From Limisphaerales bacterium (GTDB lineage: Bacteria > Verrucomicrobiota > Verrucomicrobiia > Limisphaerales > JAJOIW01), in contig CBFHOE010000009.1 in NCBI GenBank assembly GCA_965657355.1, positions 128,001 through 192,000 on the forward strand: 64,000 nt of DNA. The letters run 5' to 3'. Below, piece by piece: positions 49,087 through 59,909 of the stretch; positions within the stretch are counted from its first letter, which is position 1, and every line of letters begins with the position of its first letter. The notes under the pieces are model-generated. The model saw nothing but the letters and a program-made list of their open reading frames with translations, was not told where the DNA came from and ran no database searches. The translations under genes were made by a program, and so were the position numbers.

Positions 49087-52000
49087 GTGATTTTTATAAA
49101 TATTCAGGCGAGCTCACTTATGAGTAACCAATGGAAGAAATCTTTCGACTGTGTTACAGTCTTTTCTATGGTTCGAGTAACAAAGCTGATGAAAAGTGTT
49201 TGTTTAAGGTCGAGTAGATGGGCAGTGCAAGTGCGAGCTACCCTTTTTTTAGGCTTGATGATTTTTCATGCGGAAGCCCAACAAGGCCCTCACCTCGAAC
49301 CAATCGGGCTCTGGGAATTCAACTCTAATATGGCCATAGATGGAGCCATTTTGGACCAGTTAAATAGTACTCCTCTCGGACTTGTGGGCGCAGCAGAACT
49401 AAGCTCCGATGGAGAGGGTCGCACAGGTGAGGTTGATGACAGGTCCTTATTTTTTAAAGATTCAGGAGGAGAAGCCAACCCAACCCATGCACGAGTGACT
49501 GCGGACAATCCAGCGGGGAGCCATTTTTTGAACAAATTGAACCAGTCCAATAAGAATGACAAGTTGACTGTCGCATTCTGGCAGCGCTGGAAGTCCGGCT
49601 CCGTGTCAAATAGTTCATCTGTCTGGTTTTCTTCACCTTCGTCGGGTGCTGGGAATAGAGGATTTCAAGCGCACCTCCCGTGGGGAAATCAAATCGTCTA
49701 TTTTGATACATCAGGATGCTGCGGGTCGCCTGAAAAGCGTTTGAACGGCCGAATAGCAGAATTAGACTGGGAAAAGTGGAATCATGTCGTTCTGGTAAAA
49801 GATGAAGGGAGCAAACAGGTGTGGGTCAATGGTAAGTTGGTTCTGCATCAAGAATCGGGGGCATTACCTCTTGCTACCGACTGGACATCTATGCATCTTG
49901 CCCAATCACCAACAGAGGCAAACGTGGCATTTCATGGTTGGCTTGACGATGTCGCTATTTTTGGTTCCGCCTTACCTCAAAATCAGATTGAAGCGCTGGC
50001 AAGCGGGGCGTTACCAAATGAAATTATCGCGTCACCTGAGGAATGGCCACCTGCAATTTCTGAGATTTTCCCTGAAGACAAAACCCGATTTCACCCTGTT
50101 GATGATGGATTAAATTTTCATATTAACGTCATGACCCCAAATGAGGTAAGGCCGGATCAAATCCAATTAATACTGAATGAAAAAAATGTTTCCTCTGAAC
50201 TTGAGTTTGAAGAAGGCCCAGATAAATGGGTAGTCACTTACTCAGAGCCTTTGGTCATCAACAAAGAATATACTGCGAAAATAATTGCATCAGATATTTC
50301 GGGTCGTGAGAGCTCACGTATATGGACATTTAATACCCGTGAGCCCCCTCCTTTTTCAAAATTAAAAAATTATGCGATTGGAGCTGAATCTTATATGATG
50401 CGCTTCACTAATTCACTTCCTCCTACCGAAAACGGGAATGACGGAAACTACAATACCCACACTGAAAGCACTCGCCGGGCCGTGGGATCTTTTTTTGAAG
50501 TGGATTTAGGCGAGGAGCGGGCATTGTACCGTGTACGCGTCGTACCTGCTGATGGATTCCAAAGCAGGATGACACACACAACAGTTCGAATCTATGACGG
50601 TAACCATAATTCCATATTCTCCAAACACCTGAGAGACAGTGCGCCAGATTTTGATGTTTTAATGCCTGGCCCCATTTTGGGAAGATATGTTCGAGTTGGA
50701 TATGAGAACAAAGAACGCTCAGAGCCTGGCACGTTTTGGTATCTCGGTTTAAAAGAACTCGAGACTTATGGCCGACCAGCAGATGAAGTCGGGATACTGG
50801 ACTTTGGGGCAGACAAGGTGGAGGTTTCTGCCGGAGAGGAGACAACACTCCGGTGGAAGGTAGAAGATATTCGTGGCCTCAAATTATACCCTTCTGATGA
50901 AGACCTTTTACCGATGACTCAATCTAATGGCCATGGTGAAATAAATGTCACTCCACTTGAAACTACTGAGTACACATTAGTCGCAAATTTATACGGGGAA
51001 TCACTCACTCGAAGCGTCACTGTCCAGGTGGACAATCAAAACCTTCCCCCCCGGATAACAGAATTCGTTGCTAACAACCAATTCTCATTGGAGGATGGGT
51101 TTGGAAGAAGTTCCGATTGGGTCGAAATTCGCAATCCTAATAACTTGCCGTTAAATCTCGAGGGCTACGGACTCAGTGATGAACTCGCTAATGGAATGAA
51201 GTGGGTATTCCCCGGTAATATCACATTGCCACCTCATTCCAATTTGATTATATTTGCATCGGGACGAGATATTTTTGATCCCAAATCAGGGCACTGGCAT
51301 ACCAATTTTGCTTTGAATCAATCCGGGGAGTCACTAGTTTTAACGGATCCAGATGGCTCAACTATTGTAGACCTCATAGAAAATTTCTCAAACCAGGGAG
51401 AGGATCTTTCATATGGGCGCAAACTCACTGGCAGTATCGCATTCTTGGAACCAACTCCCGGAAAAATCAACGAAACCCAATCTTACGAAGGCTGGTTGCC
51501 ATCTGCATCATTCAGCAATTCAAGAGGGTTTTATGAAAACAGCTTCAACCTGGCTCTTAAGCACAATGACCCCGATGCTGAAATTTGGTTTTCAAAGGAT
51601 GGAAGAAGCCGCATGTCTCTCTATGAAGAGCCATTCGTAATAAGTGGAAATACTTCAGTAAAAGTAGAGGTAAGAAAATCTGGATTTAAATCCCCTCCGT
51701 CACAAACTCATACTTATTTATTCATAGAGGATACCTTGCAGTATTCAAATATGAATCAAGGAGAATTGGGTAAGGCTCAAAATATGGAGAAAGCCAGGAA
51801 GGGATTGATTGATCTACCGACAATTAATGTTTCAGTTGACCAATTACCCGATGACTGGAATGAACGCCCCGCTTCAGTTGAGATTTTTCTTCCAGGAGAA
51901 GAACCCATTTTTGAAAATGCAGGAGTTGAAAGATTCGGTGGTGCATGGACGAATTTTGGAAAAAAGAACTACCGATTGAAATTCCGAGCAAAGTATGGAG

Positions 52001-54432
52001 CAAAAAAACTGAAGGCCCCTTTGTTTGATGGCTTTGATCTTGGATTCCAGGTAGTTGATCAATTTGATGAGCTTGACCTTAGAGCAGGTGGGCATGATAT
52101 GTCATCCCGTGGATTTTATATGTCATCCAGATTTAGCGAGGATTCCATGCTGGAAATGGGCAGCCTAAATCCACACGGCAGATTTGTGAATCTCTACTTC
52201 AATGGCAATTACTGGGGACAATACCACATGCGGGAAAGACTTACAGATGCTTTTCTAGCAGATTATTTAGGTGGTAAAACGGCAGATTATACAAACGTGC
52301 GAGGCAACGATAACAACGGTAGTAGTTTTATTTTAGGAACACCAGACCCAATAAATAGAGAACCGTGGGCAAACGTTTTAAATGCAAAAGGAGATTTTGA
52401 AAAAATCCGTGAATGGGTAGACATTCCGCACCTCATTGATTTCATGTTAATGTGGTATTTCGGAAATGCGGAATCGGAGTTTCGGTCAGCTGGCCCGATC
52501 CAACCCGGCTCTTCTGGCTTCAAGTTTTGGCTTGGGGATGCGGATGGACATATTCGCGCTCCCGGTGATCGCACGGGCAACTCTGGACCTGCCGGGATTT
52601 TTGGCACTCTAGTCAATGAAGGAAACCCAGATTTCATGACACTTTTGGCTGACCGAGCACAGATGCACTTATTCAATGATGGGGCATTGACTCCAAATCG
52701 CAATATCCGGCGATTGGAGAGACGCATGGATGAGATAAAAAATAGTTTAGTGACCGAGTCTGCCAGGTGGGGCTATAGAAGTTCAAGCAGCTGGGAAAAC
52801 GCTGCTCGAAATGCAATCAATAATCTATTCCCTAGTCAGACTCAACAACTGATTTCACGATTGCGTTCACGTGGACTTTTGCCAACGCTAGACGCCCCTG
52901 TTTTGTCGCAGCACGGCGGAGTAATTCAAGGCGAAAAAATCGTAAAAATCCAAGCTAGCGGTGGATCTATTTACTATACAATTGACGGAACAGACCCTCG
53001 TTTAGCGGGCGGAAAAATCCACCCCGAAGCACTGACATTGGATGGCGGAGAATCATCTGAGGTGATCCAGCCGAATGGTCTTTGGAGATATTTTAATATC
53101 GGACAAGCACCTCCTGAAAATTGGACCTCTTTAAATTTTGATTCTACTGAGTGGAAAGCCGGCAAAGCCCCTCTCGGGTATGGAGACCCGGGGATGGCCA
53201 CAACATTAGATTTTGGTCCGGAGGCCAATAATAAATACAGTGGGTATTATTTTTTAAGAGAATTCCAAATCGATGATTTGGAAGATTTAGATAACATCAA
53301 TTTAAATCTCATTCGAGACGACGGCGTTGCCATCTATCTCAACGGAGTAGAAATAGTTCGTGATAATTTGCCAGCTGGCTCTTTAGAATACACCACTCGT
53401 GCATTGTCAGCTGCTGGAGGTGGCGATGAATCATTAATTAGAGAGTTCAATATCCCGAGGAAATTACTGCGCCTGGGGAAAAACGTATTGGCAGCCGAGG
53501 TACATCAAGTATCGGGATCTAGTTCAGATTTGCGATTCGATGCATGGCTTCAGAGCTCCATTTCATTGGAAATTATTTTAAAACCAGGAAACTCGTTCAA
53601 AGGACGAGCTTTCGATGGTACAAATTGGAGCGCCTTGACTAAAGCTCAATTCTTTTCAGAAGAGGCAGCTCCTCCATTACCTGGCGAACTTATTATTTCC
53701 GAAATTCATTACAACCCTGACGGATCAGATGAGTTTGAGTTTATCGAATTATTAAACTTGAGTGATAAAACATTAGATCTTTCGGGAGTCAGAATGCGTG
53801 GCGGAGTAAATTTATTAATAGAGAATGGTACCCGACTATTGCCAAATTCATTTGGTCTAGTTGCTGAAAATGCTGAATCATTTGGACAGAGATATATGAC
53901 ACCAGATTCGGATTACTTTTTTCCTGACATTCAATTAATAGGAGTATGGGACGGACGTCTTAATGATAACGGAGAACTGATCGAGATCTGGGATAAAGAA
54001 GGCAGATTGCTCTGTTCGTTGAACTTTGATAACACTCCACCTTGGCCTTTGAGCCCCGATGGAGATGGAAGCTCACTTGAATTACTCGAAACTATTTTCC
54101 CATCAATTAACGAGGGAGGAGAATCCGTTATATTATCTGACGCCAGCCTTTGGCGTGCCAGCCGAATATATCATGGATCTCCGGGAAGGGTCGATGATGC
54201 TATCAGAGGCGTCGCCGTAAGCCTTAACAAAATTGACCAAAGTGGAAATTACACTATGAGCTGGCCAGCTCAAACTCGACGGGTTTACCGGGTGGAATCC
54301 ACCTCGGACCTTTCATTATCAAACTGGACCGAAATAAATAGGTTCAACCCTGAGGGCGATAGTATCATCAAGTTCAATTTAAATATCAAACAAGGGCAAC
54401 CAGAACAATTCTACAGGGTAGTGGTGGAATAA
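49087..54432 (+). CDS. Large secreted protein: LamG-like, discoidin-like, lamin-tail domains and CotH kinase-like domain
   Basis: WNHVVLV...FHGWLDDVAIF (LamG), ITEFVANN...SDWVEIRN and ISEIHYNP...EFIELLN (LTD), KKNYRLKF / YWGQYHMRER (CotH), IYYTIDGTDPR, C-terminal YRVESTSDL..NW...FYRV. Start uncertain. Confidence 0.85.
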   Translation: MIFINIQASSLMSNQWKKSFDCVTVFSMVRVTKLMKSVCLRSSRWAVQVRATLFLGLMIFHAEAQQGPHLEPIGLWEFNSNMAIDGAILDQLNSTPLGLVGAAELSSDGEGRTGEVDDRSLFFKDSGGEANPTHARVTADNPAGSHFLNKLNQSNKNDKLTVAFWQRWKSGSVSNSSSVWFSSPSSGAGNRGFQAHLPWGNQIVYFDTSGCCGSPEKRLNGRIAELDWEKWNHVVLVKDEGSKQVWVNGKLVLHQESGALPLATDWTSMHLAQSPTEANVAFHGWLDDVAIFGSALPQNQIEALASGALPNEIIASPEEWPPAISEIFPEDKTRFHPVDDGLNFHINVMTPNEVRPDQIQLILNEKNVSSELEFEEGPDKWVVTYSEPLVINKEYTAKIIASDISGRESSRIWTFNTREPPPFSKLKNYAIGAESYMMRFTNSLPPTENGNDGNYNTHTESTRRAVGSFFEVDLGEERALYRVRVVPADGFQSRMTHTTVRIYDGNHNSIFSKHLRDSAPDFDVLMPGPILGRYVRVGYENKERSEPGTFWYLGLKELETYGRPADEVGILDFGADKVEVSAGEETTLRWKVEDIRGLKLYPSDEDLLPMTQSNGHGEINVTPLETTEYTLVANLYGESLTRSVTVQVDNQNLPPRITEFVANNQFSLEDGFGRSSDWVEIRNPNNLPLNLEGYGLSDELANGMKWVFPGNITLPPHSNLIIFASGRDIFDPKSGHWHTNFALNQSGESLVLTDPDGSTIVDLIENFSNQGEDLSYGRKLTGSIAFLEPTPGKINETQSYEGWLPSASFSNSRGFYENSFNLALKHNDPDAEIWFSKDGRSRMSLYEEPFVISGNTSVKVEVRKSGFKSPPSQTHTYLFIEDTLQYSNMNQGELGKAQNMEKARKGLIDLPTINVSVDQLPDDWNERPASVEIFLPGEEPIFENAGVERFGGAWTNFGKKNYRLKFRAKYGAKKLKAPLFDGFDLGFQVVDQFDELDLRAGGHDMSSRGFYMSSRFSEDSMLEMGSLNPHGRFVNLYFNGNYWGQYHMRERLTDAFLADYLGGKTADYTNVRGNDNNGSSFILGTPDPINREPWANVLNAKGDFEKIREWVDIPHLIDFMLMWYFGNAESEFRSAGPIQPGSSGFKFWLGDADGHIRAPGDRTGNSGPAGIFGTLVNEGNPDFMTLLADRAQMHLFNDGALTPNRNIRRLERRMDEIKNSLVTESARWGYRSSSSWENAARNAINNLFPSQTQQLISRLRSRGLLPTLDAPVLSQHGGVIQGEKIVKIQASGGSIYYTIDGTDPRLAGGKIHPEALTLDGGESSEVIQPNGLWRYFNIGQAPPENWTSLNFDSTEWKAGKAPLGYGDPGMATTLDFGPEANNKYSGYYFLREFQIDDLEDLDNINLNLIRDDGVAIYLNGVEIVRDNLPAGSLEYTTRALSAAGGGDESLIREFNIPRKLLRLGKNVLAAEVHQVSGSSSDLRFDAWLQSSISLEIILKPGNSFKGRAFDGTNWSALTKAQFFSEEAAPPLPGELIISEIHYNPDGSDEFEFIELLNLSDKTLDLSGVRMRGGVNLLIENGTRLLPNSFGLVAENAESFGQRYMTPDSDYFFPDIQLIGVWDGRLNDNGELIEIWDKEGRLLCSLNFDNTPPWPLSPDGDGSSLELLETIFPSINEGGESVILSDASLWRASRIYHGSPGRVDDAIRGVAVSLNKIDQSGNYTMSWPAQTRRVYRVESTSDLSLSNWTEINRFNPEGDSIIKFNLNIKQGQPEQFYRVVVE

Positions 54433-54709
54433 ATCACACCGTAATTCGTCGACATGACCACCTTCGGCATCTTATGGGGAAATGGATAAGGATTTTAAAT
54501 AAAACCTCGGAATAAATGACCTTGCCGAGCAATTGTTTTAAATCTCGACTATCCGCTTTGCCAAGAAACTTTTACTCAGCCCTATTCTCGAAAACCAAAA
54601 GGTATCATTGGTTATTTATCTACGAGGTGGACAAGATCCCTATTTTTGCCTTAAGTTGATGGTGAATATCTAATCTGTTCTGGAGCACCACCTTTTAAGT
54701 AATAATTAT

Positions 54710-57199
54710 ATGAGTGAATTTCTAAAATTTCCGACATCACCTAATTTTGACCATTGGAGATCCCCATCCATTTATAAAATTTATTTAATTTTAGGTTCAT
54801 TTTTTTACCTTTCAGCAACTTTATTTATTACAAACATCTCGGCACAAGAGAGTAAGGAGCGAGAAGAAGACTCACCAAGCGGTAGCGAAAATATTCTCGC
54901 TGGTCACTCATTTCACGGTGAGGCTTTCAATGAAGGACCACGCCAAGGAGCTTACCTCATGGGTGGCACAGGGAATGTGAGCTTTGAAGTGACAACTGAT
55001 ATCGCTCTTGCCCAGCAATTTTTCAATCAAGCAATCGGACAACTTCATGGATTCTGGTATTTGGAAGCAGAACGATCATTCCGTCAGGTCGCCAAACTAG
55101 ATAATAATTGCGCTATGGCTTACTGGGGAATGGCGATGGCTAATCAAGGTCAGAACGCAAAGCGCGCAGCTGAATTCATAAAAGAAGCTATCAAAAGAAA
55201 AGAAGGTGTAACCAGACGGGAACAACTCTGGATAGATGGACTCGATACATACCTGAAAGCCAAAAAGAAAAACGACAAAAATGCCAAACGCGAATATATT
55301 CGCCACCTGGAAGAAATAATCCACGAGTTCCCCGACGATATTGAAGCCAAAGCCTTTTTAGCCGTACATTTGTGGCAATTCAATGGAGCTCTTCCCATCT
55401 CCAGCCACCAAGCTGTCGATTCAATATTGGATCAAGTGTTCGATTTGAACCCGATGCATCCGGCTCATCATTACCGAATTCATTTATGGGATCGCGAAAA
55501 ACCCGAGCGAGCTCTAGGTTCTGCTGCACGAGGTGGACAGTCGGGCCCCAGCATCGCGCATCTATGGCACATGCCCGGTCATATCTATTCTCGGTTGAAA
55601 AGGTATAGGGATGCCGTCTGGCAGCAAGAGGCCTCATCCCGCGCTGACCATGCCCACATGATGCGGGATCGGGTTCTGCCGGACCAGATCCACAACTACG
55701 CCCACAATCAAGAATGGATGACCCGGAACCTTATCCACATTGGCCGGTCTCGCGATGCACTAGCGATAGCCTCCAACCTGGTAGAGCACCCAAGACACCC
55801 GAAATACAACACGGCCACTCGACGAGGGCGCAGCGCAGCTTATGGAAGAACCCGCCTTTTCCAAGCACTGGAACGTTTTGAAATGTGGGACCAGCTCATC
55901 AAATTGACCGAGACCATGTATCTTGAACCAACTGACATCCAATCAGAGCAAGACAAACGCATCCGCGCCTTAGGAATCGCGTATTTCGAAAAAGGAGAGT
56001 CAATTAAGCTCATGGCACAACTCGTGGATTTGCAGGGACGCTTGGCTAAATCTCGAACTGAACAAAAAAATGCAATGGATAAGGCGGTAAAAGATGCTAA
56101 GAAGGCCAAAAAACCTCAGACTGAAATAGAAAAGGCAAAGTCGGCCGCAGCAAAGCGATTTGATAACCGGATAAAGTCCCTAAATGATGGAGTAGCTGAA
56201 CTGAATGCCTATGCAGGACTATTGGTTGGCACTAAAGAAACGGCTGGGACTCTGCTTGATCAAGTCAATGGTATCCCGAAAGATCGACTAGCCAGACTTT
56301 ACTTAAGAGTGGGAGATCAAGAAAAAGCAGAGCGCCTCGCACGCGAAGCCGTAGATTCTGCTAAGAATGAAGTTCTTCCATTGGCAAACCAAGTCAGCGT
56401 TCTCTTTAGCCTTGGAAAGAAAAAACAGGCGAGTGAGGCTTTTGCCAAGTTGCGCGAAATTTCAGGGGACATCGATGATCTGACTCTTCCTCCATTTGAA
56501 CGTTTGTCAGAGGTTGCCAGGGATCTTGATTTTCCTAAAGATTGGCGCGTGACTAAACCACTATCTTCCGACGTTGGTGTTCGCCCATCACTTGATAGCA
56601 TAGGACCACTTCGTTACTCACCTTCAAAAGCTCCAAGCTGGAGTTTATCCAATGGCAGTGGAGAGCCCATAACTTTAAAACAATATAAAGGCCAGCCAGT
56701 TGTTGTCATTTTTTACCTAGGGCACGGCTGTTTACATTGTATTGAGCAGCTCACTACCTTCGCTCCTAAAACAAATGAGTTTACTGATGCTGGAATTTCA
56801 TTGGTTGCCATTAGCACGGATGAAGTTAATGAATTGCAAAAATCGATAAAGAACTATCAAGTTGAAATACAGTCGAAATTAACATCCAGTAACGAGAAGG
56901 AATCCGTCCCCGGCATTAATGAATTTACAGGTGAGTTCCCCTTCCCGCTTGTTTCAGATTCGGAGCTCAGTATTTTCAAGGCTTACAGAGCTTTTGACGA
57001 CTTTGAAGAACAACCATTACACGGCACATTTTTGATCGACGGGGACGGTTTAGTCCGTTGGCATGATATTAGTTACGAGCCATTCAACGATCCAGATTTT
57101 CTACTTAAAGAATCAAAGCGATTACTTCAATTGCCGATTAAATCAGCAGGTAGTTTCGCTCTCGGTGGTAATGAATCATCTATAATCAAAAATAAATGA
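54710..57199 (+). CDS. TPR-rich protein with C-terminal AhpC/TSA (redoxin) domain
   Basis: AQQFFNQ...HGFWYLEAERSF...AMAYWG, HPAHHYRIH, HMPGHIY; C-terminal FYLGHGCLHCIEQL, FPLVSD, HGTFLIDGDG. Confidence 0.85.
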   Translation: MSEFLKFPTSPNFDHWRSPSIYKIYLILGSFFYLSATLFITNISAQESKEREEDSPSGSENILAGHSFHGEAFNEGPRQGAYLMGGTGNVSFEVTTDIALAQQFFNQAIGQLHGFWYLEAERSFRQVAKLDNNCAMAYWGMAMANQGQNAKRAAEFIKEAIKRKEGVTRREQLWIDGLDTYLKAKKKNDKNAKREYIRHLEEIIHEFPDDIEAKAFLAVHLWQFNGALPISSHQAVDSILDQVFDLNPMHPAHHYRIHLWDREKPERALGSAARGGQSGPSIAHLWHMPGHIYSRLKRYRDAVWQQEASSRADHAHMMRDRVLPDQIHNYAHNQEWMTRNLIHIGRSRDALAIASNLVEHPRHPKYNTATRRGRSAAYGRTRLFQALERFEMWDQLIKLTETMYLEPTDIQSEQDKRIRALGIAYFEKGESIKLMAQLVDLQGRLAKSRTEQKNAMDKAVKDAKKAKKPQTEIEKAKSAAAKRFDNRIKSLNDGVAELNAYAGLLVGTKETAGTLLDQVNGIPKDRLARLYLRVGDQEKAERLAREAVDSAKNEVLPLANQVSVLFSLGKKKQASEAFAKLREISGDIDDLTLPPFERLSEVARDLDFPKDWRVTKPLSSDVGVRPSLDSIGPLRYSPSKAPSWSLSNGSGEPITLKQYKGQPVVVIFYLGHGCLHCIEQLTTFAPKTNEFTDAGISLVAISTDEVNELQKSIKNYQVEIQSKLTSSNEKESVPGINEFTGEFPFPLVSDSELSIFKAYRAFDDFEEQPLHGTFLIDGDGLVRWHDISYEPFNDPDFLLKESKRLLQLPIKSAGSFALGGNESSIIKNK

Positions 57200-57377
57200 T
57201 CTGGATTGGCAAGAATACGAAATCACTCTTCGAAAAATTTATTCTTAAACGATCTACCCAAATTATTTAGAATTCACCGAGTATAACGGCCGACCCGCGT
57301 CAAAGAAGGTTCATTAAAGAAAAGCAACTTACTTTTGCTATTAAAATTGATCGGTCTGTGTAGATTATTTCTTTTTA

Positions 57378-57617
57378 GTTTGTCAAATTACCACTTGGGC
57401 AAATTCTTTTGGTAATCCAGCAAACGATTGGGATGAATTATCTATTGTTATAATTCCGGAAAAAAACAATTTTGAACTCATTGCCATATGCACGAAGAAA
57501 GAATTGGAGAAACTCTTCGAACCAAGCACAGAAGGCTTGTAGCCATTTATCGCAATTGGTGCTTGGGCAGAATTGGGAACGGCAGAGATTGAACGTCTGG
57601 ATTTTATAGATAGATAA
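57378..57617 (+). pseudogene. Tyrosine recombinase/integrase remnant
   Basis: WANSFGNPANDWDEL...IAICTKKELEKLFEPSTEGL*PFIAIGAWAELGTAEIERLDFIDR* resembles integrase box I (...T.EEL..LL...P.IAIGAFAGLR.AEI.RLDW.D). Stops at 57540 and 57615. Confidence 0.7.
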
Positions 57618-57651
57618 TTTCCTTGATTGAAGAAATTTAAGTGAAGAAAAA

Positions 57652-59739
57652 ATGCGAGTCCTAAAAAATATTTTATTTCGATTTGCTCGATACGGAGTAA
57701 TCAAAACCACTTTCATCGCCCTTTTATTCGCTTTTTTCTCAAAGGGTAATGTGAAGGCGGAGGTGGTCGCTGTGGAGGGCGTCCACATTGTTCCCCACAC
57801 CCAATCTCATGAGATGCGATATCGAAAGCCCACTGATTTTAGCTTGGGCGCTCGCGTCGAAGTATTCCTCAGAAACAAAAGCTCCAAGTCATTATTCATT
57901 AAACCTACATTGGATGTTAAACTCAGAGGCAAATCACCCCACCAACACATCAAATCAGACGAATGGGCATGGCACAGCTTTCCCTCGGCCTGGGGTGATG
58001 ATGGCATGGAGATCCAACCTAATGCCATCACCGTTTGGAGCTGGAATGGAAAACGTGCTGAATGGGGAGTCTCCACCGAAACGGACCTCACTTTAAATTT
58101 CGCAGATGGTCAAGGCATTGAAAAACATGACATCAAAATCAAAAAGCCAAGTGCATGGCTATCAGCAGTCACTTTTTTAGGAGAGCCAGAAAACCCTCAA
58201 CCAGACAGTTTCATTTTTCATATCGTTAATGAATCAACAAAACCGCTAAGAATTCTCGACTGTCGATTGTGGCTACCACAATCCAATGCCAGTTGGAATT
58301 CTTTAATTGCTCAACCATGGAACAAGGATTCATTGGAGATATTTCCTAGTGACGGTTGGGTCATTCCAGGAGGTCGTGGAGGTGCCCGGGTATTCACTAG
58401 GCCACTGCCTCTCACCTATTGCGCGCTAGAAGTTAAACTTGCTAACGCATCCGGCAAAACAGTATCACTCTGGGCTCACCAAAGAATCAAGCGCGAGGTC
58501 TTCGACATAGGCGGTGGCTGGCTCGCTGAAAAACTCGGAAATAAAAATACTCTTCAAGCAGAAGATTACCTGCGCACTTTAGCTCGCATGCACGTTAATG
58601 CCGGAATGCATCAGCAAATCGCTGGCTACTCAGGCACTGCGCTTTTTGATCAATACCCACTCAAATATACCAACAAACTTCAACCCATTGAACATTACGA
58701 TACAGACGAATTACTACCCCATATTCATGCAGTCGAATTTCTGGGTGAGCCACAATATGGAGGCGGAACCCCAGTTCCTCCACAAGAGGTGTGGAAAGCC
58801 TTTACACCGTATGCCGAAACAAGACTTCCAACGTCAATAACACACAGTGAAGAACGTATTTGGCGCTTTTACGCCGGCATATCGGATTACCCGCATTACG
58901 ATGCCTACCGCATCAATGCTCCAGCAGCCGATAGCTGGAAAAGTTATGACCGATGGGGTGGAAAAAGCATTCGTTGGGGAGCACCACTGGAAACAATCGG
59001 CACCATGACCCGCTCCCTTCGTGAATTAAATCGACCACGCCCTATCGCCTATTGGTCCCAAGGAGCCCATAGTTGGGGACGCTACTTTGGGCGAAAGCGC
59101 AATTCACCTTCTCCAGATGAACTCCGAGCGCAAGCCTATCATGGTTTAGCAGCCAGAATAACCTCACTTTACTGGTTTAATCTCAGTCTTAAATCACTCA
59201 TCCAATTCAGAGACTTGATCGATCCAATCACTGAAATCAGCCGCCAATCATTAGTAATGGCAAGCTTACTTATCGAAGGCGATGCCTTTGAACACAAAAG
59301 AAAAGAGGTCGATGGAAAACCTGACTGGGATCTATCTTCGATTACAGGCCCTGAGGGGGGGGTTTTATTCGCAATCGATCTTGATTACGAAATAAATGAC
59401 AAAAAAGATCAGTTTGAGTTCAAATCTCGAAAAGGAAACTTTCAATTTAAGTTACCTACCTACCTATTGTCCCCCGTTGAAGTTTTCTCATTAAAAAAGG
59501 ATCACTTGGCAGACGTAGAATACGAAGTGCGTTCTGACCAAATAATCATTAAGGATGAGGTACACATCGCAGGAATATACCTCATAAGCCCAATCAAAGG
59601 TCTAAGGCAACGCATTAACCACCGGTTAATTAAGCTCTTGAATCGCGAACAAAAATTAGAATTCGACCCCGCAGTTAGTGACAAAGACTTTCAAAGCCTA
59701 AAAAGCCTACTTTTTGATGACTCCCGGGAAGCTCTGTGA
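57652..59739 (+). CDS. Secreted hypothetical protein
   Basis: 695-aa ORF with signal-like N-terminus, Trp-rich; C-terminal half has EFLGEPQ, HYDAYR, YWSQG. Confidence 0.85.
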   Translation: MRVLKNILFRFARYGVIKTTFIALLFAFFSKGNVKAEVVAVEGVHIVPHTQSHEMRYRKPTDFSLGARVEVFLRNKSSKSLFIKPTLDVKLRGKSPHQHIKSDEWAWHSFPSAWGDDGMEIQPNAITVWSWNGKRAEWGVSTETDLTLNFADGQGIEKHDIKIKKPSAWLSAVTFLGEPENPQPDSFIFHIVNESTKPLRILDCRLWLPQSNASWNSLIAQPWNKDSLEIFPSDGWVIPGGRGGARVFTRPLPLTYCALEVKLANASGKTVSLWAHQRIKREVFDIGGGWLAEKLGNKNTLQAEDYLRTLARMHVNAGMHQQIAGYSGTALFDQYPLKYTNKLQPIEHYDTDELLPHIHAVEFLGEPQYGGGTPVPPQEVWKAFTPYAETRLPTSITHSEERIWRFYAGISDYPHYDAYRINAPAADSWKSYDRWGGKSIRWGAPLETIGTMTRSLRELNRPRPIAYWSQGAHSWGRYFGRKRNSPSPDELRAQAYHGLAARITSLYWFNLSLKSLIQFRDLIDPITEISRQSLVMASLLIEGDAFEHKRKEVDGKPDWDLSSITGPEGGVLFAIDLDYEINDKKDQFEFKSRKGNFQFKLPTYLLSPVEVFSLKKDHLADVEYEVRSDQIIIKDEVHIAGIYLISPIKGLRQRINHRLIKLLNREQKLEFDPAVSDKDFQSLKSLLFDDSREAL

Positions 59740-59909
59740 GCTGGTCTCAAAAGTGGTATGCATGATGAGAGTATTAATTGTTGGTGCTTAAGGTAAAAAT
59801 GGCCACAACTCAACGGATCTACTTCAATAGGCCACAAATTTCAAAGCCATACTAGTAGTAAATAATACCTTAATGCCTAAAGATAAGGTAAAACAATGGC
59901 ATTAATCAT

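Noticed and set aside
57438..57800. 120-aa minus-strand ORF
   Set aside because: Antisense to the integrase relic and the start of the 695-aa gene.
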